From an uncultured Candidatus Bathyarchaeia archaeon (GTDB taxonomy: Archaea > Thermoproteota > Bathyarchaeia > RBG-16-48-13 > JAGMEO01), in contig CAZKBR010000002.1 in NCBI GenBank assembly GCA_964551465.1, positions 1-48,358 on the forward strand: DNA of 48,358 nt. Direction: 5' to 3'. The notes below the pieces were generated by a model, which had not been told where the DNA came from, searched no databases, and worked only from the letters and a program-made list of their open reading frames with translations. This document shows, piece after piece, positions 18,586 through 28,232 of this stretch. The stretch's first letter is position 1, and each line of letters starts with the position of its first letter. The position numbers and the translations under genes were made by a program.

Positions 18586-19941
18586 TTACCGTTTGCCCGC
18601 GAAACCTCTGCCTGAAAACATCCTGAGTAGCTGTTTAGGCATTCTCCGTTTTCCCAGAACTTTTACGTATTTCTTCATCAAGAAGTATTGTTTCACAAGC
18701 TCTTTTACATACTTTTCATCGATACCCGAGCCTCGAGCAATTCTCTTAGCTCTGGAAGAATCAATAATCTTTGGGTCGACCTTCTCTTCTTTTGTCATTG
18801 ATTGAATAATATACTTCCACTTCTCCATGCGTTCTTCAGCCACATCGATTGCATCATCGGGAACACTATGCCCCATTCCGGGGATCAGCTCCAAGAAACT
18901 TTTTAAAGGCCCCATTTGTTTCATAGCTTCAAGTTGCCCATACATGTCATCGAGCGTAAACTTTCCACTCAAAAAGGCCTTTGCCTTCTTTTCGGGCAAC
19001 ACCACCTCTGCTTCTCTGACTTTTCGAACGAGAGCTTCAACGTCTCCTACTCCTAGTAGTCTACCTATGAATTTGGAAGGCACGAATGTTTCAATGTCAC
19101 CTATTTTTTCGCCTGTCCCAATGAACTTTATTGGTGCACCGATGGCGACCACGGCGGACAAGGCTCCTCCACCTCTTGCAGAACTATCGAGCTTTGCAAC
19201 GAATATTGAACCTATGTCTGTAGCTTCTTGGAAGGCTTTGGCTTGCGCGGAGGCTTGTTGGCCTATGGTGGCATCCACAACGAGCATTATCTCATCGGGC
19301 TTGAGTGATTGAGCAGTGTCCTTCATCTCCTCTATCAGTCCCTTTTCATCTTTATGTCTGCCCGCTGTGTCGACTATGATTAAGTCATATCTCTCATCTT
19401 TGAACTTCCTAACTCCAAGATCGACAATCCTCAGAGGATTCTTCTCCTTTTCATCGCCATAGATCGGAACATCTATTTTTTCAGCTAGTTGCTTTAACTG
19501 GGCGTAAGCCCCTGGTCTGTAGGTGTCTGCACAAATGAGCGCGGTTTTGTGCCCTCTTTTCTGAAAATAGCTTGCAAGTTTAGCTGCGCTCGTTGATTTT
19601 CCAGATCCTTGTATGCCGACGAGCATGAAAATGTTGAGTTTCCCCTTTTCAACACTAACTTCTGCAGGTTTCTCACCTAGAAATTTTGTGAGTTCTTCAT
19701 AAACAACTTTCACGGTATGCTCGTGCCTTGATATTCCAGGCGGAAGTTTTTCTTTCAGAACCCTTTCTTCAATCATTTTCGAAACTTCTAGTGCAAGCTT
19801 AACATTGACATCCGCTTTGAGCAAAGCTCTCTGAATATCTTTAACAAGCTCTTTAACGGCGGCTTCGTCGACCACGGGTGCTCTCACGATTCTGCGTATC
19901 GCCCTCATTAGTGAGGAACCAAAATCTTTGATGGCGGACAT
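18586..19941 (-). CDS. srp54: Signal recognition particle protein SRP54
   Basis: GTPase motifs GIQGSGKSTSAAKLA, DTAGRH and VAKLD, plus a Met-rich M domain (PGMG...). Confidence 0.95.
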   Translation of the reverse strand: MSAIKDFGSSLMRAIRRIVRAPVVDEAAVKELVKDIQRALLKADVNVKLALEVSKMIEERVLKEKLPPGISRHEHTVKVVYEELTKFLGEKPAEVSVEKGKLNIFMLVGIQGSGKSTSAAKLASYFQKRGHKTALICADTYRPGAYAQLKQLAEKIDVPIYGDEKEKNPLRIVDLGVRKFKDERYDLIIVDTAGRHKDEKGLIEEMKDTAQSLKPDEIMLVVDATIGQQASAQAKAFQEATDIGSIFVAKLDSSARGGGALSAVVAIGAPIKFIGTGEKIGDIETFVPSKFIGRLLGVGDVEALVRKVREAEVVLPEKKAKAFLSGKFTLDDMYGQLEAMKQMGPLKSFLELIPGMGHSVPDDAIDVAEERMEKWKYIIQSMTKEEKVDPKIIDSSRAKRIARGSGIDEKYVKELVKQYFLMKKYVKVLGKRRMPKQLLRMFSGRGFAGKR

Positions 19942-20244
19942 CTCTATAGCCTGCGGAGGAAGGTATCTTTAACCTATTATCACTCATAACGGTATTTCAA
20001 GACAACTTGGCATCACTTTGAAACCGTCGGCTTCAGAACTCATAGGTTTCTTCACCGATCAGAAACTCTCTTTCTTCATCAGCCTTGGAGAAAATACACA
20101 TTTCTCGTTAAAGAACCTTTCTGACCATGCATATCCTCATTAATGGACTTTTTCAATGGCACCTACATCATTAACGGAAAAATATGCTCATAGCGCGTTT
20201 TTCTGAAAAAACTTTGTAAAGGGTAAGGAGAGTTAGAGGCACGG

Positions 20245-20652
20245 TCACGCTGAACCTTTTACTCGTGTAACTTTGACTCGGTCAAGGACCTTCCAGTACT
20301 CTACCTCTGCACCAGACAAAAGCCCTCTTTTAACATCCTCCTCTGTTGGCATCGGTGCCCAAAAAACTTCGTATGTTTCTAGATCCATCAGCTGTACCGA
20401 GCTTTCACTTACCGATATCACTTGACCGCCCCGTTTCTCGATTATTGGAGATTCTGTTTTTGCCTCTACCGGACTAACTATGCTTCTCTTGACGCCATCA
20501 AATATTCCTATTGCGACTATGCGTGCCTTTGCCGATCCATGTTTACCAGGCTTAGATTTTTCATATTCGACTATTCGGCATGGCTCATTTTCGATCAGGA
20601 TATGGTGCCCAACCTTTAGGCTTCCGATGCTCACTGGCTTGCTCATTTTCAT
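20245..20652 (-). CDS. eif5a: Translation initiation factor 5A (aIF5A)
   Basis: Hypusine loop SKPGKHGSAKARIV, with the OB-fold C-terminal half. Confidence 0.9.
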   Translation of the reverse strand: MKMSKPVSIGSLKVGHHILIENEPCRIVEYEKSKPGKHGSAKARIVAIGIFDGVKRSIVSPVEAKTESPIIEKRGGQVISVSESSVQLMDLETYEVFWAPMPTEEDVKRGLLSGAEVEYWKVLDRVKVTRVKGSA

Positions 20653-20730
20653 CTCCTCTTGTTATTGACTTCGCGTCTTATATGTATCAACAGCTATTTT
20701 TTAGACTGTTTGAGAAGGTCCAATATAGAG

Positions 20731-21582
20731 TTGTTGGTTGAGTTGTTTAAAAGTGTAGGTATTGTGGCAAGACTTGACCGCAGGGACGCCTTAAGAATGG
20801 CAGAAAAAATGAGCGAGTACCTCTTGTCCAAGGGTTTAGCTGTGGTTCTTGAGTCTAATCTAGCTAGTATTCTCAGAGGAGAAGCCGATTCTGCGACATT
20901 GAGCAGGATGATGACGGATTTTATCGTCGTGATCGGTGGAGATGGCACGATACTTAAGACTTGTCTCTTAATTCCTAGGCCTGAGACGCCGATCTTATCT
21001 ATAAACATGGGGAGAAGGGGTTTTTTAGCCGAGGTTAGCCCGAAGAATGCCATATCCAGCGTCGATAGGTGCATTGTAGGAGATTATGTCTTAGAAAAGT
21101 GCCTTAAGCTCTCACCATCGATCGGTGGGCAGGCGTTGCCTGACGCCTTGAACGAGGTCCTTATGACATCCAGTTACCGATCAAAGGTGCTTGGGTTTGA
21201 GGTTTTCAAGGACCACGCATCGATTTTGCGGTGCTATTCGGATGGCGTAATGGTTTCTACTCCGACAGGTTCTACTGCTCATTCGCTCTCCGCTGGCGGA
21301 CCAGTATTGGATCCAGACACAGAAGCGTTTGCATTAACACCCATTTGTCCTCTTACTCCAGCACGCCCCATTGTCCTACCATCTGACAGCGTAATACAGG
21401 TGGAGCCCATCAAGCCTAAATTACACGTTCAAGTGTTTGTTGACGGCCAATATCAGACGAAGATAGGAAAAAAAGACACGTTAACCATCAAAAGAAGTGA
21501 CCATTACGCTAGTTTCATTCGTTTCGGTCAAGACTTCTACGCTCGTTTAAAGAATCGCCTTCTCTTCACTGTTGGGAGGTGA
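20731..21582 (+). CDS. nadK: NAD kinase
   Basis: VVIGGDGTILKT, INMGRRGFLAE and STPTGSTAHSLSAGGP. ATG 20659 would sit only 7 nt from the divergent aIF5A start, so a TTG start (20731/20734/20743) just before VGIVARLD is more plausible. Start uncertain. Confidence 0.8.
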   Translation: MLVELFKSVGIVARLDRRDALRMAEKMSEYLLSKGLAVVLESNLASILRGEADSATLSRMMTDFIVVIGGDGTILKTCLLIPRPETPILSINMGRRGFLAEVSPKNAISSVDRCIVGDYVLEKCLKLSPSIGGQALPDALNEVLMTSSYRSKVLGFEVFKDHASILRCYSDGVMVSTPTGSTAHSLSAGGPVLDPDTEAFALTPICPLTPARPIVLPSDSVIQVEPIKPKLHVQVFVDGQYQTKIGKKDTLTIKRSDHYASFIRFGQDFYARLKNRLLFTVGR

Positions 21583-21591
21583 GAATTAAAT

Positions 21592-22146
21592 GTGCGGGCT
21601 AAAAAAAGAGTGATTGTTCTTGACACTTCTGCGTTTATCATGGGATATAATCCCACGTCAGTTGATGAGGAACAATACACAACACCTCTAGTTTTTAATG
21701 AACTAGACCCAAAATCCTCCGTCCGCCTACGCTTGAATGTAGCCGTGGAGACTGGTAGAATAAAGCTTCAAGCTCCTAAGTACAGATTTATTAGAAGGAT
21801 AAAGAGTCTCTCGGGAGAGGCTGGAGACTTACGACGTCTTTCAGACATCGATATGCAAATCTTAGCCTTATCCCTTGAGCTTAGTGAGAGAGGCGCTAAT
21901 CCCCTTGTGGTGTCGGACGATTACTCTGTTCAGAACATTGCTGATCAGTTGGGTCTGGAATACAGATCATTAGCAACCTTTGGAATCCGCTACCGTTTTA
22001 AATGGGTTCTGTATTGTCCTGCATGCCACAGAAAATACCCACAAGAATGTAAGAATAAGAGATGCGAAGTGTGTGGAACCTTGCTAAAGAGGAAGGTTTT
22101 GAAGAGAATCCCGGCTAGAAAAGCAAGGAAGATACCAAAACTATAA
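21592..22146 (+). CDS. nob1: Nob1 endonuclease (PIN domain plus zinc ribbon), 16S rRNA 3'-end maturation
   Basis: PIN N-terminus VIVLDTSAFI, ...VVSDDYSVQN, and C-terminal ribbon CPACHRKY..x..CEVCG. GTG start. Confidence 0.75.
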   Translation: MRAKKRVIVLDTSAFIMGYNPTSVDEEQYTTPLVFNELDPKSSVRLRLNVAVETGRIKLQAPKYRFIRRIKSLSGEAGDLRRLSDIDMQILALSLELSERGANPLVVSDDYSVQNIADQLGLEYRSLATFGIRYRFKWVLYCPACHRKYPQECKNKRCEVCGTLLKRKVLKRIPARKARKIPKL

Positions 22147-22246
22147 AGATGCGCCAAGAGTCATATCCAGCAGGTGCGCACAATCAATCACATAGATTTG
22201 GCTATGAAGAAAAGAGGGAAGAACTATTACCGTGTCCAAATGGTGG

Positions 22247-23434
22247 TCACGGTGCTCTCATCTTAGCGATGAAGTGGCCGGGTGTACCTTGTACATCGGG
22301 GTAAAACCTTTGCATGAGTCCGGATTTTGGAAAAACTTTCATCATTCCTGGAGAACCATAGAAGTAGTCTTGCTTCTCAACTTCTAAACCACAGTCCTCA
22401 ACGCCGAACTTGACCACAAACTCATTTTCTTCAAGGGTTAAGGTACATGTGCTGTAGACAACCACTCCTCCCGGTTTAACGATCTCGGAAGCCACTTTCA
22501 AAAACTGTTTCTGATAGTTAGCTAAAGCCTGAATCTCTGCGCTATTCTTATTGTCGTAGAGCTTTGGCCGAGCCCCCAACGCAGAGCATGGTGGATCAAT
22601 TATTACTCGGTCTGCTTTTAGATGCGGTAGGTCAACATCAAGGTATCTCGAATCGTGACAAATTGGCTTAACGTTTTTAACCCCTAGAAGTGCTATCGTT
22701 TCTCTTATCTTCTTTATTTTCTCTTGGTTCCGGTCTACGGCAAGGATTGTCCCCTCATTTTGCGTCAGCTGTGCGATGTGGCTCATTTTCCCTCCTGGAG
22801 CGGCGCACATGTCTACGATTGTCTCTCCGGGCTTCGGATCCAAGACCCTGCTAGTGACAATCGCTGGAAAAGACTGTGGATAAATGTATCCAAGCTTGAA
22901 TTCTGCCATTTCTCTTAGACTCGGCAGGCCGAATATTGGATCGGTTACCTCAACCGCCAAACCGTGCCGGTATGTCAAGATTTCGGTCTCGCCCATCCTG
23001 GCCATTCCAACGCCCACGGCCTGACCATATTCACTGACTATAGTCACCTTGTCTCCTCTTTTGATTCCTTCACATTTTACAACGCCTGGGGCGTAAAGGT
23101 GTGAGCCCTGTAGTATGCTTTCTGAGGAGAATCTGTCGGCTACTATATTCTTCTTGGTTTCTGGTAGTTTGAATGGACCTTCAACCATTAGAAAGATGGC
23201 TTCTGGAATCTCTGCGTGATTTTCTGCTTCTATCCCCTTTTTAGTCAGTCTGCTAATGAGGCTAGCCGGGTCGATTTTAAGAGTATTCACTCTGATCGAG
23301 TAGCGGCTACATGGCGTCTTAAGAGCCCGTAGACATGCTTCAACTTTGGCACCGTAGACAACAGTCAATTTCTCAATGATGTCCTCGGAGAAGCAGTAGA
23401 GGTCCGATAGCCTCTTGATCTCATTCTTCATCAT
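22247..23434 (-). CDS. NOL1/NOP2/Sun-family RNA cytosine-C5 methyltransferase with PUA domain
   Basis: DMCAAPGGKMSH (SAM), IIDPPCSALG (motif IV Cys), VVYSTCTL (motif VI Cys). A PUA-like segment (GAPGVVKCEGIKRGDKVTIV) lies upstream. Confidence 0.8.
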   Translation of the reverse strand: MMKNEIKRLSDLYCFSEDIIEKLTVVYGAKVEACLRALKTPCSRYSIRVNTLKIDPASLISRLTKKGIEAENHAEIPEAIFLMVEGPFKLPETKKNIVADRFSSESILQGSHLYAPGVVKCEGIKRGDKVTIVSEYGQAVGVGMARMGETEILTYRHGLAVEVTDPIFGLPSLREMAEFKLGYIYPQSFPAIVTSRVLDPKPGETIVDMCAAPGGKMSHIAQLTQNEGTILAVDRNQEKIKKIRETIALLGVKNVKPICHDSRYLDVDLPHLKADRVIIDPPCSALGARPKLYDNKNSAEIQALANYQKQFLKVASEIVKPGGVVVYSTCTLTLEENEFVVKFGVEDCGLEVEKQDYFYGSPGMMKVFPKSGLMQRFYPDVQGTPGHFIAKMRAP

Positions 23435-23516
23435 TGTCTTTAATAGTCAAATTGGGTCATATCAGACTTATATTATTCCATAAAATTCTCAACGCGCCGC
23501 ATGTTGTATCGTCGTC

Positions 23517-23680
23517 TTGGAGGGTCTAGACCTGAAGATCGTTGGGGTAATATCGGATACTCACATTCCGACTAGGGCGAAGACCATCCCTGCGAGGGTC
23601 TTTGAGGTTTTCAGAGGAGCAGACCTTATTGTCCATGCGGGAGACCTAGTCCAACTCAAAGTGTTGATGAACCTACTTAA
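23517..23680 (+). pseudogene. 5' remnant (~53 codons) of a YfcE/MJ0936-type metallophosphoesterase gene
   Basis: [45 protein letters not shown] reproduces motifs I-II (DTH, HAGD) only. The reading frame then runs antisense into the convergent intact paralog, whose stop codon is at 23673. Confidence 0.5.
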
Positions 23681-24170
23681 ACTGGATTATCTCTGCTTTC
23701 AGAGCCTGCGTATCAAGCAAAGCATATGTTGACTTTCCGGTCAGATAGCCGCACACTTCACCTGGGTTTATCACGGTCGTGCTAGCCTTTCTGTATGTCT
23801 CTGCTTTGTGGGTGTGGCCGCAGACGACTACATCGTATCCTCCGGAGTTGATCAATGAGTTAAGTAAGTCCTCTTCGTGGCCGTGATACAATGCGATCCT
23901 TAGATCCTCAGCGGAGACTTCGGCGAAGCTCCCTCTGACCTCCACTCCAATCTCCGTGAAAAACTTTCTTAAAAGCTCTCGCTCTGCACAGTTGTTGCCG
24001 AAAACACCGATCATTTTTGGCTTTAGCGGTTTAAAGTGAGACACTGTAAATGGGCTCACGTAGTCACCGGCGTGTAAGACAAGATCTATCTCTCTTTTGT
24101 TTAGTTGCTTAATCACCTCATCGATCAGGTATATGTTGTCATGCGTATCCGAAATTATTCCAATAATCAT
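23673..24170 (-). CDS. Metallophosphoesterase, YfcE/MJ0936 family
   Basis: All motifs present: [36 protein letters not shown]. Start set at [10 protein letters not shown] (ATG 24170). Confidence 0.8.
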   Translation of the reverse strand: MIIGIISDTHDNIYLIDEVIKQLNKREIDLVLHAGDYVSPFTVSHFKPLKPKMIGVFGNNCAERELLRKFFTEIGVEVRGSFAEVSAEDLRIALYHGHEEDLLNSLINSGGYDVVVCGHTHKAETYRKASTTVINPGEVCGYLTGKSTYALLDTQALKAEIIQFK

Positions 24171-24261
24171 TTTCCACTCGTTTTTTATATTTGTCATGAA
24201 TAAGTTAAAAGCCAATGTGAAGATGTAAGAAAGGTTCTCGTTGAGATAGGGGAATTATAGA

Positions 24262-25398
24262 TTGAAACGGGCAAAAGTTTACTTTGCGAACGCTAGGTCA
24301 CGCGAAAGAAAGGAGAGCATGGTACTCAAGTTAGAAAGGCTTCTCGAGGAGTCGGGAATAATGGGTGTTTTCTCTGAAGGCGAAACTGTCGCAGTGAAGG
24401 TTCACATGGGTCATAAGCTGTGTACAAGATACGTTAGGCCAAATTTCATCAGAACAATAGTTGACAAAATCAGGGATGCGGGAGGAGTACCTTTCGTAAC
24501 CGACACAACTGGACTTGGACTGGCGCTTCACCCAACCTCAAGTCATCGCTACAACGCAAAAGATTACCTGAGCATGGCTGTGGAACATGGGTTCACGCCA
24601 GAAACGGTTAATGCTCCGATCATAATCGCCGACGGGTTATGGGGAGACGATGATGTCGAGGTGTCATTCGATGGACTTAAACTAAAGAAGATTTCTGTTG
24701 CTAAGGAAATCGTGCAAGCAGACTCTGTTATTTCGGTAGCCCATTTCAAGGGTCATGATCTGACTGGCTTTGGTGGAGCTCTGAAAAACATAGGTGTTGG
24801 ATGCACCAGCAAGGCGGGTAAGTTTGCTTTGCACGCTACAGGAAAACCGTCTATAAACCTTGACTTGTGCGATGGATGCGGTATCTGTCTCAAGTACTGT
24901 TTTGCAGGAGCGATCACAATCAAGAATGCGAAGGCGTTCATAAATTCTGATAAGTGCTCTGGTTGCCTCCACTGTAATGGTCAGTGCCCGCTAGGTGCTG
25001 TCAAGGTCGGCTGGGAGGGATCAGATGCTTTTCAGGTTAAGATGGTTGATGCCGTGGCCGCTGTGATGAAGGTTGTTGGAAATGAACATATAAGCTATGT
25101 AAACTTTGCTTTGGATATCACGCCGCTCTGTGACTGTGCACCATCTTCCGATGTACCGATAGTGCCTGACATAGGCGTCTTCGCATCAGAGGATCCGGTC
25201 GCGATAGACAAGGCATCGGTTGATTCTGTAAACGATTCTATAGGCATGCCGGGTTCCGCGGCTGAGGAGGCTGGAGCTCTAGCTCGAGGCTCTGATAAGT
25301 TCAGGATGATCCACAAGTTAGACTGGAACAAGCAATTCGAGGCGGCTACTAGGCTAGGAATAGGAAGCGCAGAATACGATCTGATAGCGATTTCTTAA
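24262..25398 (+). CDS. DUF362 domain protein with inserted 2x[4Fe-4S] ferredoxin domain
   Basis: DUF362-type N-terminus (VAVKVHMG...VPFVTDT) and two cluster motifs, CDGCGICLKYC and CSGCLHCNGQCP. TTG start. Confidence 0.7.
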   Translation: MKRAKVYFANARSRERKESMVLKLERLLEESGIMGVFSEGETVAVKVHMGHKLCTRYVRPNFIRTIVDKIRDAGGVPFVTDTTGLGLALHPTSSHRYNAKDYLSMAVEHGFTPETVNAPIIIADGLWGDDDVEVSFDGLKLKKISVAKEIVQADSVISVAHFKGHDLTGFGGALKNIGVGCTSKAGKFALHATGKPSINLDLCDGCGICLKYCFAGAITIKNAKAFINSDKCSGCLHCNGQCPLGAVKVGWEGSDAFQVKMVDAVAAVMKVVGNEHISYVNFALDITPLCDCAPSSDVPIVPDIGVFASEDPVAIDKASVDSVNDSIGMPGSAAEEAGALARGSDKFRMIHKLDWNKQFEAATRLGIGSAEYDLIAIS

Positions 25399-25495
25399 CA
25401 CTATCTTTCATAGGAAGCCAAAATCGTGCATGCATCTCAGATTCATCATGAGGTTGCCAATATCGTATATCCTGTTTCGGGCATCCGCGATCCTC

Positions 25496-26074
25496 TTATT
25501 TCGTTGCTGGCTTTGTTTGTCTGATGAGCTGGACCATCCTCTTCCCAAAGTTTCTTACTGTCCTTAGACCCTCCTTATCCTCCGCGACTTCACCCTTCTC
25601 TTTTCCGAAGGCGATGTTCCAATATGTCGAGCCAGGAATGATCATCCCTTGTTCAAGGAAGAAGAACATCAGTTGAGCGATGGTGAAGTTTTGTCCAGCC
25701 CTTCTAGCAACGACAATTGGCCCTCCAACCTTGTTTTCGAAGACTCTTCCCAATGAGTTTGACAGGTAGCCTGCCCTGTCGATTAAGGCCTTTATCTGAG
25801 GCGTCGCTGAGCCAAAGTATACGGGCGATGAGAGGATTATGCCGTCTGCCTCAACCATCCTATTGAAGATGGGGTGGAAACCATCTTTGATGTGGCATTC
25901 CTTCTTCTCTTTGCATGATCTGCAGCCGTCACAGGGCCTAACATCCTTTCCCGCCAGCCTTATCAGCTCAACATCAGCACCTTCCCCAGCCGCGGCTTCT
26001 AAAGCCTCCTTGACCAGCGTCTCTGTATTTCCTCCCACTCTCGGGCTACCTACTATGCCTATAATCTTAACCAT
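25496..26074 (-). CDS. NADPH-dependent FMN reductase / iron-sulfur flavoprotein-like flavodoxin-fold protein
   Basis: IVGSPRVGGNTE, cysteine cluster CDGCRSCKEKKEC, and SSPVYFGS. Confidence 0.75.
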   Translation of the reverse strand: MVKIIGIVGSPRVGGNTETLVKEALEAAAGEGADVELIRLAGKDVRPCDGCRSCKEKKECHIKDGFHPIFNRMVEADGIILSSPVYFGSATPQIKALIDRAGYLSNSLGRVFENKVGGPIVVARRAGQNFTIAQLMFFFLEQGMIIPGSTYWNIAFGKEKGEVAEDKEGLRTVRNFGKRMVQLIRQTKPATK

Positions 26075-26183
26075 TTCCAGTAACTCGCTCCTTGGACATA
26101 ATTAGTGTATTTGGAGTTTAATATTGGGCGGATGCCGAGAAATAGTTGTGATTCGACCGATCCCTAGATTGCGTGTGATCTTT

Positions 26184-27299
26184 TTAATCTATCACCTCTA
26201 ACTCGTGTGCGATTCTTTCTGAAATGGCTTTCCCGACCCCTCGAATACCTCTTAGGCCTTCCACCCCTGTCTTCTGGTATATGACCTTCAAGTCTTCCTC
26301 TAATTCGTCTATTGTCCAAGCCGCTCTCCTGTAGGCCCAGATCCTGTAAGGCTCTTTACCCTCGATTTCCATGTAGTATGCCTCGTTGAAAAACTTCTCG
26401 GCTATCCTCTTGTTCGTGGCCAACTCGCCTAGTTGAATGTATCTTGGCATCCTGTCGACGATGCCGTATTTTCCGCATAACTCTTTGACCTTTCTTCCTA
26501 TAGGACCATAGTAAGAAGTTTTCGGGCTGTATCCACCGTCGTAGATTCTCTTGTAATCGTCTACTAGATGAGGATAGTGCTCTTCGATGGTTCGCATATA
26601 TCGAGTAGCTTGGGCACCACTCATGGTCAGGCCTCCCGCCAAGATGAACGCTCCACCGTTCTCTGCGGTCTCCCTCACAATCGCTTCGAGATTTTCCTCC
26701 ATGTCGCAGATAAAGGGCATTATCGGCATGAAGGCTGTTCCCGTCAAGATGCCTGCCTCTGAGACCTTCCTCATGGCCTCGAATCTGCTCTCGATGGTTG
26801 GTGCGTTGGGTTCGAAAATCTTTCTATAACCCTTTGATGAGTGGTAGGCGATACTCCAGAGAACACAGGCCCAAGACTTGTTTATCTTTCTTATCAGATC
26901 TAGATCTCTTAGCAGGAGGGGCGATTTTTCGTTGATCAACACTGGGAAGCCAAGCTCAAGACACACTTCCAGCATTGCTCTAGACAGTTTGAACCTTGCC
27001 TCAGCTAGCTGGTAGTCCCCTGTGACGATAACGTCTTTCGGTATTTTACTAAGCTCTCTCTTTAGGAGTTCAGCCGCATTCACTTTTACCTTAATGTATT
27101 GGGAGAATGGGTCCTCGAACCCTTGCGCATCCTTCTCCCTCGCCAGCATGTTGTATTTCTCATCCCTCCAGTAGCAATACTCGCACCCATGTTGACATCC
27201 AATATATGGATGCGCTGAATACTTGTTCCAGTACCATCCATCGATGCGCTTGTGAACGTTCACGATCTTCTTAGCTTGGTAGGGCACATACTTGACCAT
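26184..27299 (-). CDS. Radical SAM enzyme, SplB/'DNA repair photolyase' (COG1533)-like, with C-terminal PolX-type helix-hairpin-helix domain
   Basis: CxxxCxxC in GCQHGCEYCYW. The last ~70 aa, NEAYYMEIEGKEPYRIWAYRRAAWTI...LRGIRGVGKAISERIAHEL, mirror the N-terminal HhH / 8-kDa-like domain of family X polymerases. Confidence 0.7.
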   Translation of the reverse strand: MVKYVPYQAKKIVNVHKRIDGWYWNKYSAHPYIGCQHGCEYCYWRDEKYNMLAREKDAQGFEDPFSQYIKVKVNAAELLKRELSKIPKDVIVTGDYQLAEARFKLSRAMLEVCLELGFPVLINEKSPLLLRDLDLIRKINKSWACVLWSIAYHSSKGYRKIFEPNAPTIESRFEAMRKVSEAGILTGTAFMPIMPFICDMEENLEAIVRETAENGGAFILAGGLTMSGAQATRYMRTIEEHYPHLVDDYKRIYDGGYSPKTSYYGPIGRKVKELCGKYGIVDRMPRYIQLGELATNKRIAEKFFNEAYYMEIEGKEPYRIWAYRRAAWTIDELEEDLKVIYQKTGVEGLRGIRGVGKAISERIAHELEVID

Positions 27300-27312
27300 T
27301 CTGTTTTCACCT

Positions 27313-28101
27313 TCAGGGTTCGGTTCTCTTGTTTCTCAGTTTGGAAAGCTCTTCCTTGACTTCGGGTTTTAGATATGTTGCTGCTTTCCGCAGCATGAGC
27401 TTGGACATTTTCTTACTTTCCAAGGTGGTCCTCAAGTATTTTTCTAGGAGTTGTGGTTGATGCTTGCCGATGGTCTTCAGTCTCCAGCCTATCCCCTTGA
27501 TTGTGCTGGTATCTTTCTCCTCGATCTGTAAAGACAACAGTTCTAGAAGCCTCTTTATTCTCTCCTTATCTTTATGGGTTCTCTTCACAAAAGAGTGGAC
27601 TGCGACTCCAACGCTTCGTTTGACCCATCTGTTCTGATCCCTACTAAATCTCTCCAAGTGGGGTAAGGTTTCCTCGAAGTTTTTGAGCAGGGCTTGCCCA
27701 TAGACGCGCTCTCCGAGGATGTCGCAGACATACCATCTGTCACCCTTGATCAGGTACTCTCTGGTCTTTAAGAGGCATAGTCGGAGGTCGATGTCAAGGA
27801 GCACACTTAGTGCTTTACCTATGATGACGTAGCCACCCATCTTGTTGCCTTTTTGAATTTCGTCGAACAGTTCTATGTACTTCAGGGGCACAGACTTGGC
27901 TGCCTCGCCAAAGGCTAAGCCTATGCGGTCAAGTTGCGGGAACGGGATCTTGGAAGTGAGAATTGGGTATAGGGTCTGCCAGAGTTCCTCCATGTTTCCT
28001 GCTTCAAAATGATTGATGCACTTGATGGCTACTTTCATTGCTTCTTTAGCCGAGAGTGTTTGTTTCAAGAGAACAGCTCCAGACAGGATGCGTAGCCGCA
28101 T
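27313..28101 (-). CDS. HEAT-like repeat protein resembling DNA alkylation repair enzymes (AlkD/AlkC, PF08713-like)
   Basis: All-helical, with NRWVKRSVGVA and IKGIGWRLKTIGKHQPQLLEKYL...LRKAATYL matching the conserved W.rR and GigWaLR..gk..p..v..fl elements. Ends 14 nt before the radical SAM start. Confidence 0.5.
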   Translation of the reverse strand: MRLRILSGAVLLKQTLSAKEAMKVAIKCINHFEAGNMEELWQTLYPILTSKIPFPQLDRIGLAFGEAAKSVPLKYIELFDEIQKGNKMGGYVIIGKALSVLLDIDLRLCLLKTREYLIKGDRWYVCDILGERVYGQALLKNFEETLPHLERFSRDQNRWVKRSVGVAVHSFVKRTHKDKERIKRLLELLSLQIEEKDTSTIKGIGWRLKTIGKHQPQLLEKYLRTTLESKKMSKLMLRKAATYLKPEVKEELSKLRNKRTEP

Positions 28102-28232
28102 TCTGTGAGTATCGCGTGTATGTCAAACTTATATTTTGTTGCGGGTCCGCAGCCCTGATTTTTAAGAGGAGTTGAGAACATACATATTATAATAGATAAT
28201 TCTTCATTTGATACACGGAATGGTGGAAAAAA

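Noticed and set aside
19942-20244. Unusually long (303-nt) spacer inside the otherwise compact minus-strand supercluster, searched for a small ORF or structured RNA
   Set aside because: The longest minus-strand ORF I could trace is 22 codons. I saw no tRNA-like, C/D-box or stable hairpin features. It is probably just the aIF5A terminator plus the SRP54-operon promoter.
25433-25450. ATGATGA followed by CTGA on the minus strand (C-box / D-box-like), considered as a C/D box sRNA
   Set aside because: The two boxes are only 2 nt apart, and there is no second C'/D pair or terminal stem within the 97-nt spacer. The geometry is incompatible with a C/D sRNA.
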